A stretch of 64,000 nucleotides of DNA from Nitrososphaerota archaeon (GTDB lineage: Archaea; Thermoproteota; Nitrososphaeria; Nitrososphaerales; Gagatemarchaeaceae), in the NCBI GenBank assembly GCA_027339745.1, contig DAHWNW010000002.1:55725-119724 (forward strand), written 5' to 3'. This document shows, one piece after another, positions 18,669 to 27,602 of the stretch. The notes below the pieces were generated by a model. It had not been told where the DNA came from, made no database searches, and was given only the letters and a program-made list of their open reading frames with translations. The position numbers and the translations under genes are program-made. Numbering within the stretch: position 1 is the first letter of the stretch; each line of letters begins with the position of its first letter.

Positions 18669-19202
18669 TTGACTCCACCGAAGAAGTTCTCGAAGTTCAG
18701 GGAAGTGATGAAGGAGGTCAATGCGAAGGGCGCGGCGATCTACAAGAACCCTGTAGGGACAGAAGACCTGGTCGTGCTCTCCCCGTACACCATCAAATAC
18801 ATCCACAGCTACGCCGAGGACTCGCCTTTTTTCCTTGGCCTGGCCAAGAGGAAGCTGCTGGGGAGCGAATGCGAGAGCTGCCACTACAAGTACGCCACCC
18901 CGCGCAGCCACTGCATGAACTGCGGCGGCGAGACCAAGTGGTTCAACCTCCCGAAGGTGGGACGCGTCCACTCCTGGACCACCTGCTACTATGGGGGGGA
19001 GGAGTTCCTCAAGGAGACACCGTTCAACCTCGCGCTCGTCGAGTTCGACGGGGTGGACACGCTGTTGCTGACTAGGCTGAAGGAGGCGAAGGAGGCCGAC
19101 ATCTTCATCGGGATGGAGGTGGAGGCGGTGTTCCGCGCTTCTCCGAGGTACCTCGTCTCTGACGTGCACTTCGTACCGACGGGCAAGGCACGGAAGAAGT
19201 GA
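18669..19202 (+). CDS. DUF35 Zn-ribbon/OB-fold protein (thiolase scaffold)
   Basis: 'CESCHYKYATPRSHCMNCGG' rubredoxin-like zinc ribbon followed by an OB-fold-sized segment. TTG start 2 nt after the thiolase stop. Confidence 0.8.
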   Translation: MTPPKKFSKFREVMKEVNAKGAAIYKNPVGTEDLVVLSPYTIKYIHSYAEDSPFFLGLAKRKLLGSECESCHYKYATPRSHCMNCGGETKWFNLPKVGRVHSWTTCYYGGEEFLKETPFNLALVEFDGVDTLLLTRLKEAKEADIFIGMEVEAVFRASPRYLVSDVHFVPTGKARKK

Positions 19203-19211
19203 GCGAGTTCC

Positions 19212-20126
19212 CTAGGGCTTGGCCAGCGTCAGCCACTTCGCGTAACGCTTGTCCTTCCCGTGGATTGTCCGGTCGTAGAGCTCCGCGAGCCTGTCCGTGA
19301 TCGGGGTCCCGTCATCCCCGATCTTCCTCCCGTCGATCTCACTCACTTTGGCGATCCCGGCGGCGGTGCCGCTGAAGAACACCTCGTCCGAGGTGTAGAG
19401 CTCTTCCTTGGTGGCGTCGTTCCTGTAGAAGGTGATCTTCTCGTCGCGCGCGAATTGGATGATGGTGTCGCGGGTTATGCCTCTGAGTATCCCAGAACTC
19501 GCCGGCGGGGTGCTGAGTATCCCGTCTTTGACCCTGAAGATGTTCTCCCCCGGCCCCTCTGCGACCATCCCGTTGGAGTTCAGGAGTATGGCCTCGTCAT
19601 ACCCCGCAGCGACGGCCTGCATCTTTGCCAGGGCAGAGTTGGCGTAGTTTGCCGCGCACTTCGCCTGGACTGGCATCGCCCTCGAGTCTATCCTGACCCA
19701 GTTGGTGATCGTGGCCCTCACCCCCCTGTTGGAAGCGTCACCGAGGTATGCGCCCCACTCCCAGGAGCCGATTGCGACAGATATCTTGCTGGTCAGAGGG
19801 TTAAGCCCCATCTCACCGTAACCGGTGAACGCGATCGGCCTGATGTAACACTCCTTGGCAGGGTTGTTCCTCACGAGGTCTACGCACGCCTGGGCTATCT
19901 CCTTCGCGGAGAACCCCAGGTTCATCCGGTAGATCTTAGCGCTGTTCATCAAGCGCTCGATGTGCTCAGACAACCTGAATATCGCCGTCCCCTCGGGGGT
20001 TTCGAAGGCCCTTATCCCTTCGAATATCGCCATGCCGTAGTGGAGCCCGTGAGTGAGGACGTGTATCTTCGCGTCGTCCCAGGGGACGAACTTTCCGTCC
20101 ATCCAGATTTTCTTCTGCGGCTTCAT
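19212..20126 (-). CDS. ilvE: Branched-chain amino acid aminotransferase
   Basis: Fold-type IV PLP pattern ('HGLHYGMAIFEGIRAF', 'IRPIAFTG', 'AKCAANYANS', 'EGPGENIF', 'GILRGITRD'). Confidence 0.9.
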   Translation of the reverse strand: MKPQKKIWMDGKFVPWDDAKIHVLTHGLHYGMAIFEGIRAFETPEGTAIFRLSEHIERLMNSAKIYRMNLGFSAKEIAQACVDLVRNNPAKECYIRPIAFTGYGEMGLNPLTSKISVAIGSWEWGAYLGDASNRGVRATITNWVRIDSRAMPVQAKCAANYANSALAKMQAVAAGYDEAILLNSNGMVAEGPGENIFRVKDGILSTPPASSGILRGITRDTIIQFARDEKITFYRNDATKEELYTSDEVFFSGTAAGIAKVSEIDGRKIGDDGTPITDRLAELYDRTIHGKDKRYAKWLTLAKP

Positions 20127-20197
20127 GCCTGAGTTCGGGCCGGGGGAACCATATTTAGGGAAAGCGCTTTTCCCTAATCTGCTCCGTTTAAAACGAA

Positions 20198-21406
20198 GTG
20201 GCGTTGGAGCCAGGTGCCATGACCGACCCAGTGATACTATCCGCTTGCAGGACGCCCATCGGGAAGTTCGGCAAGAGCCTGGTCGGCGTCGCGGCGACGG
20301 AGCTCGGCGCGCTCGTGATAGAGGAGGCCATGAAGAGGGCCAGGGTCGAACCAGGAGAGGTAGACGAGGTGATCATGGGGAACGTCGTGTCTGCCGGCCT
20401 CGGCCAGAACCCAGCGAGGCAGGCGGCGGTGCACGCCGGCGTCCCCTTCAGCGTGGGCGCCTTCACAGTCAACAAGGTCTGCGGGTCAGGGCTCAAAGCA
20501 GTGATGCTGGCAGCGCAGTCTGTCAAGGCGGGGGACAACGATATCGTGGTGGCGGGGGGGATGGAGAGCATGAGCAACGTCCCCTATCTTGCCAAAGGGG
20601 TCAGGTGGGGGACCAAATTCGGGGACGCTAGGCTCTTGGATGGGATGATTGTGGACGGCCTCTGGGACGCATACCACGACTACCACATGGGAGTCACTGG
20701 CGAGAACGTGGCGAAGAGGTTCCGCATCTCGAGGAGGGAAGCGGACGAGTACGCCTATCAGAGCCATATGAAGGCGGCCAGAGCGTCAGAGGATGGGACT
20801 TTCGAACTGGAGAAGGTGAAGGTGAAGGTCAAACGCGAAGGAGGCGAAACCGCAGAGTTCTCAGCCGACGAGTGCGTTAGGGGGGACACCACAGTGGAGA
20901 AGCTGGCGAAGCTGAAGCCTGTCTTCAAGCCCGACGGCGTGCTGACGGCGGGCAATTCATCGCAGCTGAGCGACGGGGCTTCGGCCCTTATCGTCGCCTC
21001 GCAGGAGGCGGCTGACAGCCTAGGGGTCAAGCCACTGGCGAGCATCGTGGGCTACCAGACTGGGGGGGTCGAGCCTGCGAGGGTGATGGAGGCCCCTATA
21101 CCTACGACGAAGGCCCTGCTCAGGAGGCTGAAGATGGACGCGGGAGATGTCGACCTCTTCGAGCACAACGAAGCGTACTCTACCGCGTCCATAGCGGTGA
21201 GGAAAGCCCTCGGCGTCGACGAGTCGAGGTTCAACGTCTGGGGGGGAGCCGTCGCCCTCGGCCATCCAATCGGGTGCAGCGGGGCGCGGGTGCTCACCAC
21301 CTTGATCTACGGGATGAAGAGGGAGGGGAAGAAGACAGGGCTGGCGACCCTCTGCCTGGGCGGCGGGAACGCGGTCTCTATGGTTGTGGAGTCTTGGTCT
21401 CCCTGA
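20198..21406 (+). CDS. Acetyl-CoA C-acetyltransferase (bacterial-type thiolase II)
   Basis: 'ACRTPIGKFGKSL', 'VNKVCGSGLKAV' (active-site Cys), 'NEAYS', 'GGAVALGHPIGCSGARV', 'LCLGGG'. The true start may be the ATG at 20219. Confidence 0.9.
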   Translation: MALEPGAMTDPVILSACRTPIGKFGKSLVGVAATELGALVIEEAMKRARVEPGEVDEVIMGNVVSAGLGQNPARQAAVHAGVPFSVGAFTVNKVCGSGLKAVMLAAQSVKAGDNDIVVAGGMESMSNVPYLAKGVRWGTKFGDARLLDGMIVDGLWDAYHDYHMGVTGENVAKRFRISRREADEYAYQSHMKAARASEDGTFELEKVKVKVKREGGETAEFSADECVRGDTTVEKLAKLKPVFKPDGVLTAGNSSQLSDGASALIVASQEAADSLGVKPLASIVGYQTGGVEPARVMEAPIPTTKALLRRLKMDAGDVDLFEHNEAYSTASIAVRKALGVDESRFNVWGGAVALGHPIGCSGARVLTTLIYGMKREGKKTGLATLCLGGGNAVSMVVESWSP

Positions 21407-23060
21407 GCTTCCGCCGAAGGACCTTCCCTATCAGGGTCTTCGGCAGCTCTTGGACGAACTCCACTTCCTTCGGGACCTTGAACTTCGCGAGCCGCTCCTG
21501 GCAGAACTCAATCAACTCCTGAGCGCTGGTGCCTTTGGCGGGGTCCTTCAGTACGACGAACGCCTTCACCGCTTCGCCGCTGAACTGGTTCGGGACGCCG
21601 ATCACCCCCGCCTCTTTCACGTCCGGGTGCTCGAAGAGGACGTCCTCCACCTCCCTCGGGTACACCTTGAGGCCGCCGACGTTTATCATGTCCTTCTTCC
21701 TGTCGACGATATAGAAGTAACCGTCGGGGTCCATCTTGGCTATGTCCCCTGTAAGGAACCAGCCGTCCTTTAGAACAGCCTTGGTCTCTTCCTCCTGGTT
21801 CCAATAGCCTTTCATGACCTGAGGGCCCTTCACGGCGAGCTCGCCGATCTCCCCCGCTTTGAGAGTCTTCTCCCTGTCGGATATGTCCACTATCTTGGCG
21901 TCCGTCTCGCTGAATGGGGGGCCTATGGAGCCGTCCTTGACCACGCCTCCGGTAACCGGGTTGCAGTGGGTCACGGGGCTAGTCTCAGACAGCCCGTATC
22001 CCTCGACGAGGTTACCCCCTGTCAGCTCTATGAACTTCTTCCTGACTGCTGGCGGGAGCGCAGAGCCTCCCGAGAGGCAGGCCCGGACGGACCTGAGGTT
22101 GTACCTCCTCGCCTCGGGCTTGCTGTTGATGGCTATGTACATCGCTGGCGCCCCCGAGAAGATAGTTACCTTCTGGCTCTGTATCGTCTTCATCACCTCT
22201 TCTACGTGGAAGCTGGGGAGGAGAACCATCGCCGCTCCGGCCGCGAGGGGTGCGTTCATGGTCACCGTGAGTCCGTAGATGTGGTAGAGAGGTAGCACGC
22301 ACAATGAGATGTCTCGCTCCGTGATGGGGAAGAGGCTGACGCCGTACTCCGCGTTGGACACGAGGTTGTAATGAGTGAGCATCGCCCCCTTCGACACCCC
22401 GGTGGTCCCCCCTGTGTACTGCAGGACCGCCACGTCATTGACCGGGTCGACGGCAGCGTAGGCGGCCATGGGGGGGTTGGACCGAATCAGGGTCACGAAG
22501 TCGATCGTGTTTTCCCGGGGGACGTCTCGGATCCCGGCGAGGCCGGCGAGGCGCCTCTTCAGGCCCGGCAGGTAGTCGCCGAGCCCCGTCGCTATGACGT
22601 GTCTTAGGGGGAGCCTTCCCCTGCAGCCACCTAGGCTGCTGAAGAGGTCCATCCCTCTCGCCACGGTGCGGCTCGCGACCACAACCTCTGCGCCTGAGTC
22701 CCTGAGCTGGTGCTCCAACTCCCTCTCCTTGTACACCGGGTTGCACATGACGACAATCCCTCCTGCTTTCAGGATGCCGAAGTAGGATACGACGAGCTGC
22801 GGGATGTTGGGGAGGAAGACCGCGACCCTGTCCCCCTTCTTCACTCCGAGCCCCACCAGAGCTGACGCGAACCTCGAACTCAGGTCATCCACTTCGGCGT
22901 AGGTGAAGTCGCGGCCCTGGTAATGGAGGCAACGGTTCCCAGGATGTAGCGCCGCAGAGTCGCTCAGCAGGGCATAGAGCGGCCTGACCTTTGGCCTGGG
23001 GACCGAGTATCTCTCCCCGACCTGCGCCTTGAGCCATGGACGTTCGAGGAGCTCCTGCAT
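21378..23060 (-). CDS. Long/medium-chain acyl-CoA synthetase (AMP-forming)
   Basis: 'LQYTGGTTGVSKGAMLTH', 'GYGLSETSP', 'WFLTGDIAKMDPDGYFYIVDRKKDMI', 'KVLRRKL'. Confidence 0.9.
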   Translation of the reverse strand: MQELLERPWLKAQVGERYSVPRPKVRPLYALLSDSAALHPGNRCLHYQGRDFTYAEVDDLSSRFASALVGLGVKKGDRVAVFLPNIPQLVVSYFGILKAGGIVVMCNPVYKERELEHQLRDSGAEVVVASRTVARGMDLFSSLGGCRGRLPLRHVIATGLGDYLPGLKRRLAGLAGIRDVPRENTIDFVTLIRSNPPMAAYAAVDPVNDVAVLQYTGGTTGVSKGAMLTHYNLVSNAEYGVSLFPITERDISLCVLPLYHIYGLTVTMNAPLAAGAAMVLLPSFHVEEVMKTIQSQKVTIFSGAPAMYIAINSKPEARRYNLRSVRACLSGGSALPPAVRKKFIELTGGNLVEGYGLSETSPVTHCNPVTGGVVKDGSIGPPFSETDAKIVDISDREKTLKAGEIGELAVKGPQVMKGYWNQEEETKAVLKDGWFLTGDIAKMDPDGYFYIVDRKKDMINVGGLKVYPREVEDVLFEHPDVKEAGVIGVPNQFSGEAVKAFVVLKDPAKGTSAQELIEFCQERLAKFKVPKEVEFVQELPKTLIGKVLRRKLRETKTPQP

Positions 23061-23130
23061 GGGTCGAGGATAACCTCAAACTTGCCTTAAGGGTATCCCT
23101 TAGGAGCAAGGGGGCGGTCTAGGCTTAAGT

Positions 23131-24285
23131 ATGGACGAGAGCGGCGTCATATCGGACCCGAACATGTCTCAGGCCGGGGAGAAGTTTCTCATCCTCTGCG
23201 TCGACCGGGACGACGACTTGAAGTCCAAAGCAAAGGTGGAGTCCCCGGTGGTGGGGAGAGCGGCGGCCATCGAGGCGGCGACGAAACTTGCGCTCGCGGA
23301 CCCCGAGGAGGCGGACGCCAACGCCATCTTCGCGGCGATCAAGAAGTATGACGAGCTCACCACGTCGAAGACGCCTTGCGAGATCGCGGTGGTGTGCGGC
23401 GACCCTGACAGGGGGTTCGAGGCAGACAGGAGGGTCGGGAGGCAGGTCGCCGCCGTGCTCCACGGAGGGAGCTACACAGGGGTGGTGCTCGTGTCAGACG
23501 GAGGAGAAGACGAACAGGTGATGCCGATAATCCAGAGCCAGAAGCCAATCGTCTCCGTGCAGCGGGTGACGGTGAAGCACAGCCAGACCGTGGAGGAGAC
23601 GTACGAGGTCCTCGGGAGATACCTTAGGATGCTGGTGTTCGACCCGCACTATTCGAAGTACGCGCTTGGGGTCCCGGGCCTGATCCTTGTACTCGCTGGG
23701 ATCCTGATAGTCGTCAACAGGACGTTCGAAGCCGGTATTGCCACCCTCCTCATCATAGGCGGGGCGTTCCTAGTCAGGGGGTTTAGCATAGACAGGAACG
23801 TGACAGGCCTCCTCCATAGGGGCCCTACCGGGTTCCTCAGGTTCTTCTCCCTCGTTGCCGGGCTGATCATGGGCATCGTAGGGATCCTTACCGGGTACGG
23901 CGCCATGGTAGGGGATACGCTGGCAGTCAACGCGGTGGTCGCAAACCCCACGAACCTCCTGATCTACGGGGGAGCCCTTGCAGGGGACTTCATCGGCGGG
24001 AGCTTGAACTTCGTGTGGGGTGGGATCGCCATCTACGCCGCTGGTGCCCTCCTCTCTCATTTGGCCAGGGAGAGCGCCCGCTGGAACAGAGACCTCTTCG
24101 TGCTTGTGATGCTTGCCATACTGTATCTCCCGCTTCAGACCTTCTCGGTCTATCTAGTGAGCGGCAACGCCCAGGCGACGTTCCTGCTGGTCTCCGCCAT
24201 CCTCATAGGCCTGGCGGCGATCTTCGCTCTGACCACTGTGATTTATCCGCGGGTGCGGAGCAGGGGCCCCGCAGAAAACGAGTGA
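23131..24285 (+). CDS. DUF373-like archaeal membrane protein
   Basis: Soluble N-domain 'FLILCVDRDDDLKSKA' followed by several TM helices. Family assignment is from memory of the motif. Confidence 0.6.
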   Translation: MDESGVISDPNMSQAGEKFLILCVDRDDDLKSKAKVESPVVGRAAAIEAATKLALADPEEADANAIFAAIKKYDELTTSKTPCEIAVVCGDPDRGFEADRRVGRQVAAVLHGGSYTGVVLVSDGGEDEQVMPIIQSQKPIVSVQRVTVKHSQTVEETYEVLGRYLRMLVFDPHYSKYALGVPGLILVLAGILIVVNRTFEAGIATLLIIGGAFLVRGFSIDRNVTGLLHRGPTGFLRFFSLVAGLIMGIVGILTGYGAMVGDTLAVNAVVANPTNLLIYGGALAGDFIGGSLNFVWGGIAIYAAGALLSHLARESARWNRDLFVLVMLAILYLPLQTFSVYLVSGNAQATFLLVSAILIGLAAIFALTTVIYPRVRSRGPAENE

Positions 24286-24288
24286 CAC

Positions 24289-25071
24289 ATGTTAGAATCA
24301 GTGCTGAGATATCTTGGCGCCTACAAGTTCTACGAGGGGAGACTTAAGGCGCAGGTCGAGCGCGAGGAGATACCGAGCCATATCGGGATAATACTCGACG
24401 GGAACAGGCGCTGGGCCCAGATTCAGGGGGTCTCGGATGGTCTCGGCCACGAAGAGGGGGCGAACAGGGCGGAGGAACTCCTCGACTGGTGCCACGACCT
24501 TGGGATCAAGACGGTGACACTCTATGTGCTTTCGACGGAGAACCTAGACAGGACCCCCGAGGAGCTGGCGGCCCTCTTCGGACTCATCGAGGCGAGGCTC
24601 AACAGACTGCTCAGCGACGCCAGGATAGCCAGGTACAGAGTGAAAGTCAGGGCCATCGGCCACCTTGACCTCCTCCCCAAGTCGATAGTGGGGCTCCTGA
24701 CCGCCATAGAGGAGAAGACGGCGGGGTACAGCGACCACTACCTCAACATCGCAGTCGCTTACGGAGGGCGCGCGGAGATAACTGACGTGGTGAGGTCGGT
24801 GGCCCAGGACGTGAAGAGCGGCAAACTCAGCCCCGATGCGATAACCGAAGACACGGTCTCGAAGAGGCTGTACACAGCTTACCTCCCTAACCAAGAGCCG
24901 GACCTCATAATCAGGACTTCGGGGGAGGAGAGGATGAGCGGGTTCCTCCTCTGGCAGGGCGCCTACTCTGAGCTGGTGTTCGTGGACGTCTTCTGGCCGG
25001 CCTTCCGTTACATCGACCTCCTCAGGGGTATCAGGACATACCAGAAGCGCAGGCGAAGGTACGGGCGATGA
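24289..25071 (+). CDS. uppS: Undecaprenyl/dolichyl-type cis-prenyl diphosphate synthase
   Basis: 'HIGIILDGNRRWA', 'LYVLSTENLDR', 'IRTSGEERMSGFLLWQGAYSE'. Confidence 0.9.
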   Translation: MLESVLRYLGAYKFYEGRLKAQVEREEIPSHIGIILDGNRRWAQIQGVSDGLGHEEGANRAEELLDWCHDLGIKTVTLYVLSTENLDRTPEELAALFGLIEARLNRLLSDARIARYRVKVRAIGHLDLLPKSIVGLLTAIEEKTAGYSDHYLNIAVAYGGRAEITDVVRSVAQDVKSGKLSPDAITEDTVSKRLYTAYLPNQEPDLIIRTSGEERMSGFLLWQGAYSELVFVDVFWPAFRYIDLLRGIRTYQKRRRRYGR

Positions 25072-25109
25072 GAAAACATATAGCCTGACCTGAGGAGAGG
25101 GAGAGCAAG

Positions 25110-25556
25110 TTGAAGGTAACCCTCGGGACGCTCAAAGACAAGGGGGACGAGCTGGCAGCCTTCCTGGAGCCTCGTGTAGGCTCGAAGCCTTCCGTCTCGG
25201 GCGACTCGATGGAATTCGACGACGAGAGCGTCAGAGAGGGGGTCAAGCCCAGGCAGGTGAAGACGTACATCAAGCGCTTCCTCTTCATGAACGGGGTCAG
25301 GAAGAAGTACAGGGTGTTCGTCTCTGGGAAAGAGCTCACGGTTCAAGAGATAGTGGTCGGAGAAGAGGCGGAAGAGGAGAAGGAGAAGAAGGCCCAGGCG
25401 AAGAAGCCGGAACCTGAGGTAGAGGCAGAGGAGAAGAAGGAGGAGGAGCCCAAGGCTACTGAATCCGAGGCGGCCGAAGGGCCTGAAGAGAAGCCGAAGA
25501 AGGCCCCCGCCAAGAAGCCCCGGGCGAGCAAGAAGAAGAAGGGAGAAGAATCCTAG
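25110..25556 (+). CDS. Hypothetical small protein with Lys/Glu-rich tail (possible L22e-like fold, see findings)
   Basis: TTG start about 28 nt downstream of 'ACATATAG'. About 90-aa globular part, then an 'EEAEEEKEKKAQAKKPE...KKKKGEES' tail. Confidence 0.5.
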   Translation: MKVTLGTLKDKGDELAAFLEPRVGSKPSVSGDSMEFDDESVREGVKPRQVKTYIKRFLFMNGVRKKYRVFVSGKELTVQEIVVGEEAEEEKEKKAQAKKPEPEVEAEEKKEEEPKATESEAAEGPEEKPKKAPAKKPRASKKKKGEES

Positions 25557-25828
25557 AGCGCCCTGGTCAAGCGAGCCCGCCGAAGCCTCTTAGCTCTCAG
25601 CAGAGCCCGCAAGTAGTTCCTCGACTCGCGCAACCACTTCAAGGATTGGCGGAAGTCACCTAAGGCGAAGCTGTCGGCCCCCTTCCTGAGATTGTCCAGG
25701 GCGAACTTGAGTGCCTGCCTTTCGTCAGGGACGGCGTACCGCTTCAGCTTCACGAAACGGCCTGGATTCTCCTCATCCAAGTCGAGCCTGATGAACGCGA
25801 TGCTCTTCTCCAGATTCAGGTACGCCAT
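25553..25828 (-). CDS. Hypothetical protein (weak call)
   Basis: Ordinary-looking helical composition, but no TATA-like box was seen upstream and there is no recognisable motif. Confidence 0.3.
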   Translation of the reverse strand: MAYLNLEKSIAFIRLDLDEENPGRFVKLKRYAVPDERQALKFALDNLRKGADSFALGDFRQSLKWLRESRNYLRALLRAKRLRRARLTRAL

Positions 25829-25998
25829 CCATACGGACCGGATCTGCTCTTCGCTGGGCTCGCCCGAGACGGAGGCGAGGGCGGATTCGAGCCTCCCCGC
25901 CGCTTCCGCGAGGTCCCGCGCTGTCTCGTCCCTCCAACCGCTCAGGTCCCCGGCCCGCCTCCATTGAGGAACCGCATCGGGGGAGTTTCCGCCTCTGA

Positions 25999-26010
25999 TT
26001 ATTTATAACC
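25999..26010 (+). promoter_or_regulatory. TATA-like box (TTATTTATAACC)
   Basis: About 25-30 nt upstream of the TTG start at 26034. Confidence 0.45.
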
Positions 26011-26033
26011 AAGACAGGAGCGCCCCGCTTCGA

Positions 26034-26711
26034 TTGCCGAAGAAGGAAGAACAGAGGATAGGGGGCGCGTGCTACATCGGCCTGGATTCGCTCCTCGACC
26101 TCGGCAGGCTTTCGTGCGCCCTCGAGAGGGCTCCGTTCCCGCTCTTCGCGTTCAAAGAGGGGAAGTCGACCAGGATCGCTGCACAGGCGGACCTCTTCAT
26201 GGGGACCCCGATCTTCTACTACTTCGACAACGGGGCGGTCGACGAGTTCCTCGCTTACAGGATCACCGGTGAAGGGGAGGAGGTGCAGTTCGTGAGCTCG
26301 GCGAGCAACGCGTCTTACCTCTATGCTCCTGTGATAAGGGTCATGAAGATGCCCAAACCCCTCGAGGGGAAGCTCGGTTTCCAGGACAAGTTCATGTCCG
26401 TGGAGGTGGAGAACGTCCCGAGCCTCGTCAAGGTGGGCGCGTACAAGACCCTCTTCGAGGAGCCTCCGCTGCCTCTCTTCGCTTTCAAGCATGGAGGCGG
26501 GTGGGTCCTGGGGACCTTTGCCCGCATCGACGACTATGAAGAGGCGTCCATATTCTTCTACGCGATGGTGAAGGAGGAACCGTCGAGCTTCCTGAGATAC
26601 ACGTACGATAGGATCACCGAAACCACCTATGTCAGGCGGACGGACGAACCTGGGTTCCACTACATCAAGGTCGTCAAGCTCACCGGGGCTCATCCACTGG
26701 TGGAGTTCTGA
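26034..26711 (+). CDS. Hypothetical protein with internal two-fold duplication
   Basis: Normal amino-acid composition. Repeated 'P(F/L)PLFAFK(E/H)G' and 'IF(Y/F)Y' elements about 110 aa apart. Preferred over the Arg/Gly-rich antisense ORF 25773..27131. Confidence 0.55.
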   Translation: MPKKEEQRIGGACYIGLDSLLDLGRLSCALERAPFPLFAFKEGKSTRIAAQADLFMGTPIFYYFDNGAVDEFLAYRITGEGEEVQFVSSASNASYLYAPVIRVMKMPKPLEGKLGFQDKFMSVEVENVPSLVKVGAYKTLFEEPPLPLFAFKHGGGWVLGTFARIDDYEEASIFFYAMVKEEPSSFLRYTYDRITETTYVRRTDEPGFHYIKVVKLTGAHPLVEF

Positions 26712-27121
26712 GCCACCCTCCTCACGAACTTCTCGGCGTCGGTCAGCGTGAACTTCGAGTTGTTGTAGGAAGCTTTGTGGACCGCTTCGCTGTATTTGAA
26801 CCAGCCGAAGCCCTGGTGCTCGAATGATATCCTCACCTTCTCCGAGTCGGTGGACGCGAGCATGTACACGACCTGCTTGTGCACGTTCTTGCCGTCCCTG
26901 CGATAGTAGTACTCTATCACCTTCCTGAACCCGGGGATTATGCTGATGCCTTTCAGTCCGGTCTCCTCCTCCACCTCCCTCAGGACGGTCTGGAGTTCGC
27001 TCTCTCCCTCCTCGACGCCCCCCTTGGGGAAGTCCCAGCGTCCGGCGTTGAGCAGGAGCAGGTACATCCGTCCCCCAGGGGTCTCCCTGAAGACCACCGC
27101 ACCGGCAGACTTCTCTTCCAT
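26690..27121 (-). CDS. NUDIX hydrolase
   Basis: Nudix box 'GRWDFPKGGVEEGESELQTVLREVEEETGL'. The ATG at 27119-27121 ('MEEKSAGAVVF') fits family length. Confidence 0.8.
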   Translation of the reverse strand: MEEKSAGAVVFRETPGGRMYLLLLNAGRWDFPKGGVEEGESELQTVLREVEEETGLKGISIIPGFRKVIEYYYRRDGKNVHKQVVYMLASTDSEKVRISFEHQGFGWFKYSEAVHKASYNNSKFTLTDAEKFVRRVAQNSTSG

Positions 27122-27234
27122 CGCCCGCCATGACAGAGGCGACGGATTAATATGATTCACCGGGCGTCGGCATGACGATGCCCCCGGTGGAGGATTCTTA
27201 CCGCCTCGGGGGGACGGAAATGGAAGCGGTCTGA

Positions 27235-27546
27235 ATGCGTTTCGTTGATAGGTTGAAACAGAAGGTGCAACGGGAGAATCTTTGGTTCTTCATCCTCATC
27301 CTCCTGTCGACCGAGGAAAGGTACGGCTTTGAGCTCAGGGAGCTCATAAACGAAAAGTTCGGATTCTGGAGCGGGAACGTGACCGCGTACCGCGTGCTCT
27401 ATAACCTCCAAAGGTCAGGCATGGTGCAGGTGGAGATTAGAGACAGACGGAAGTACTACCACATCACTGAGCTCGGCCGCCAGGAGCTGCAGGCTGCAAG
27501 GGCATTCCTGCAGGCGCTTCTTCAGGGCCAGGGGGCGCCCCAATGA
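27235..27546 (+). CDS. PadR-family transcriptional regulator
   Basis: 'ERYGFELRELINEKFGFWSGNVTAYRVLYNLQRSGMV' wHTH typical of PadR. Confidence 0.8.
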   Translation: MRFVDRLKQKVQRENLWFFILILLSTEERYGFELRELINEKFGFWSGNVTAYRVLYNLQRSGMVQVEIRDRRKYYHITELGRQELQAARAFLQALLQGQGAPQ

Positions 27547-27602
27547 CCTTTACAACAGTAAAATAGTGGCTGATATACCCTCGGGGCAGGGAGGAAGAGA
27601 AG

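Noticed and set aside
25773-27131. 452-aa minus-strand ORF spanning several genes.
   Set aside because: It has extreme Arg/Gly/Pro/Glu composition and no motifs. It overlaps a well-formed plus-strand gene (26034-26711) and, in another frame, a NUDIX gene with an intact Nudix box. This is a typical GC-rich off-frame artefact.
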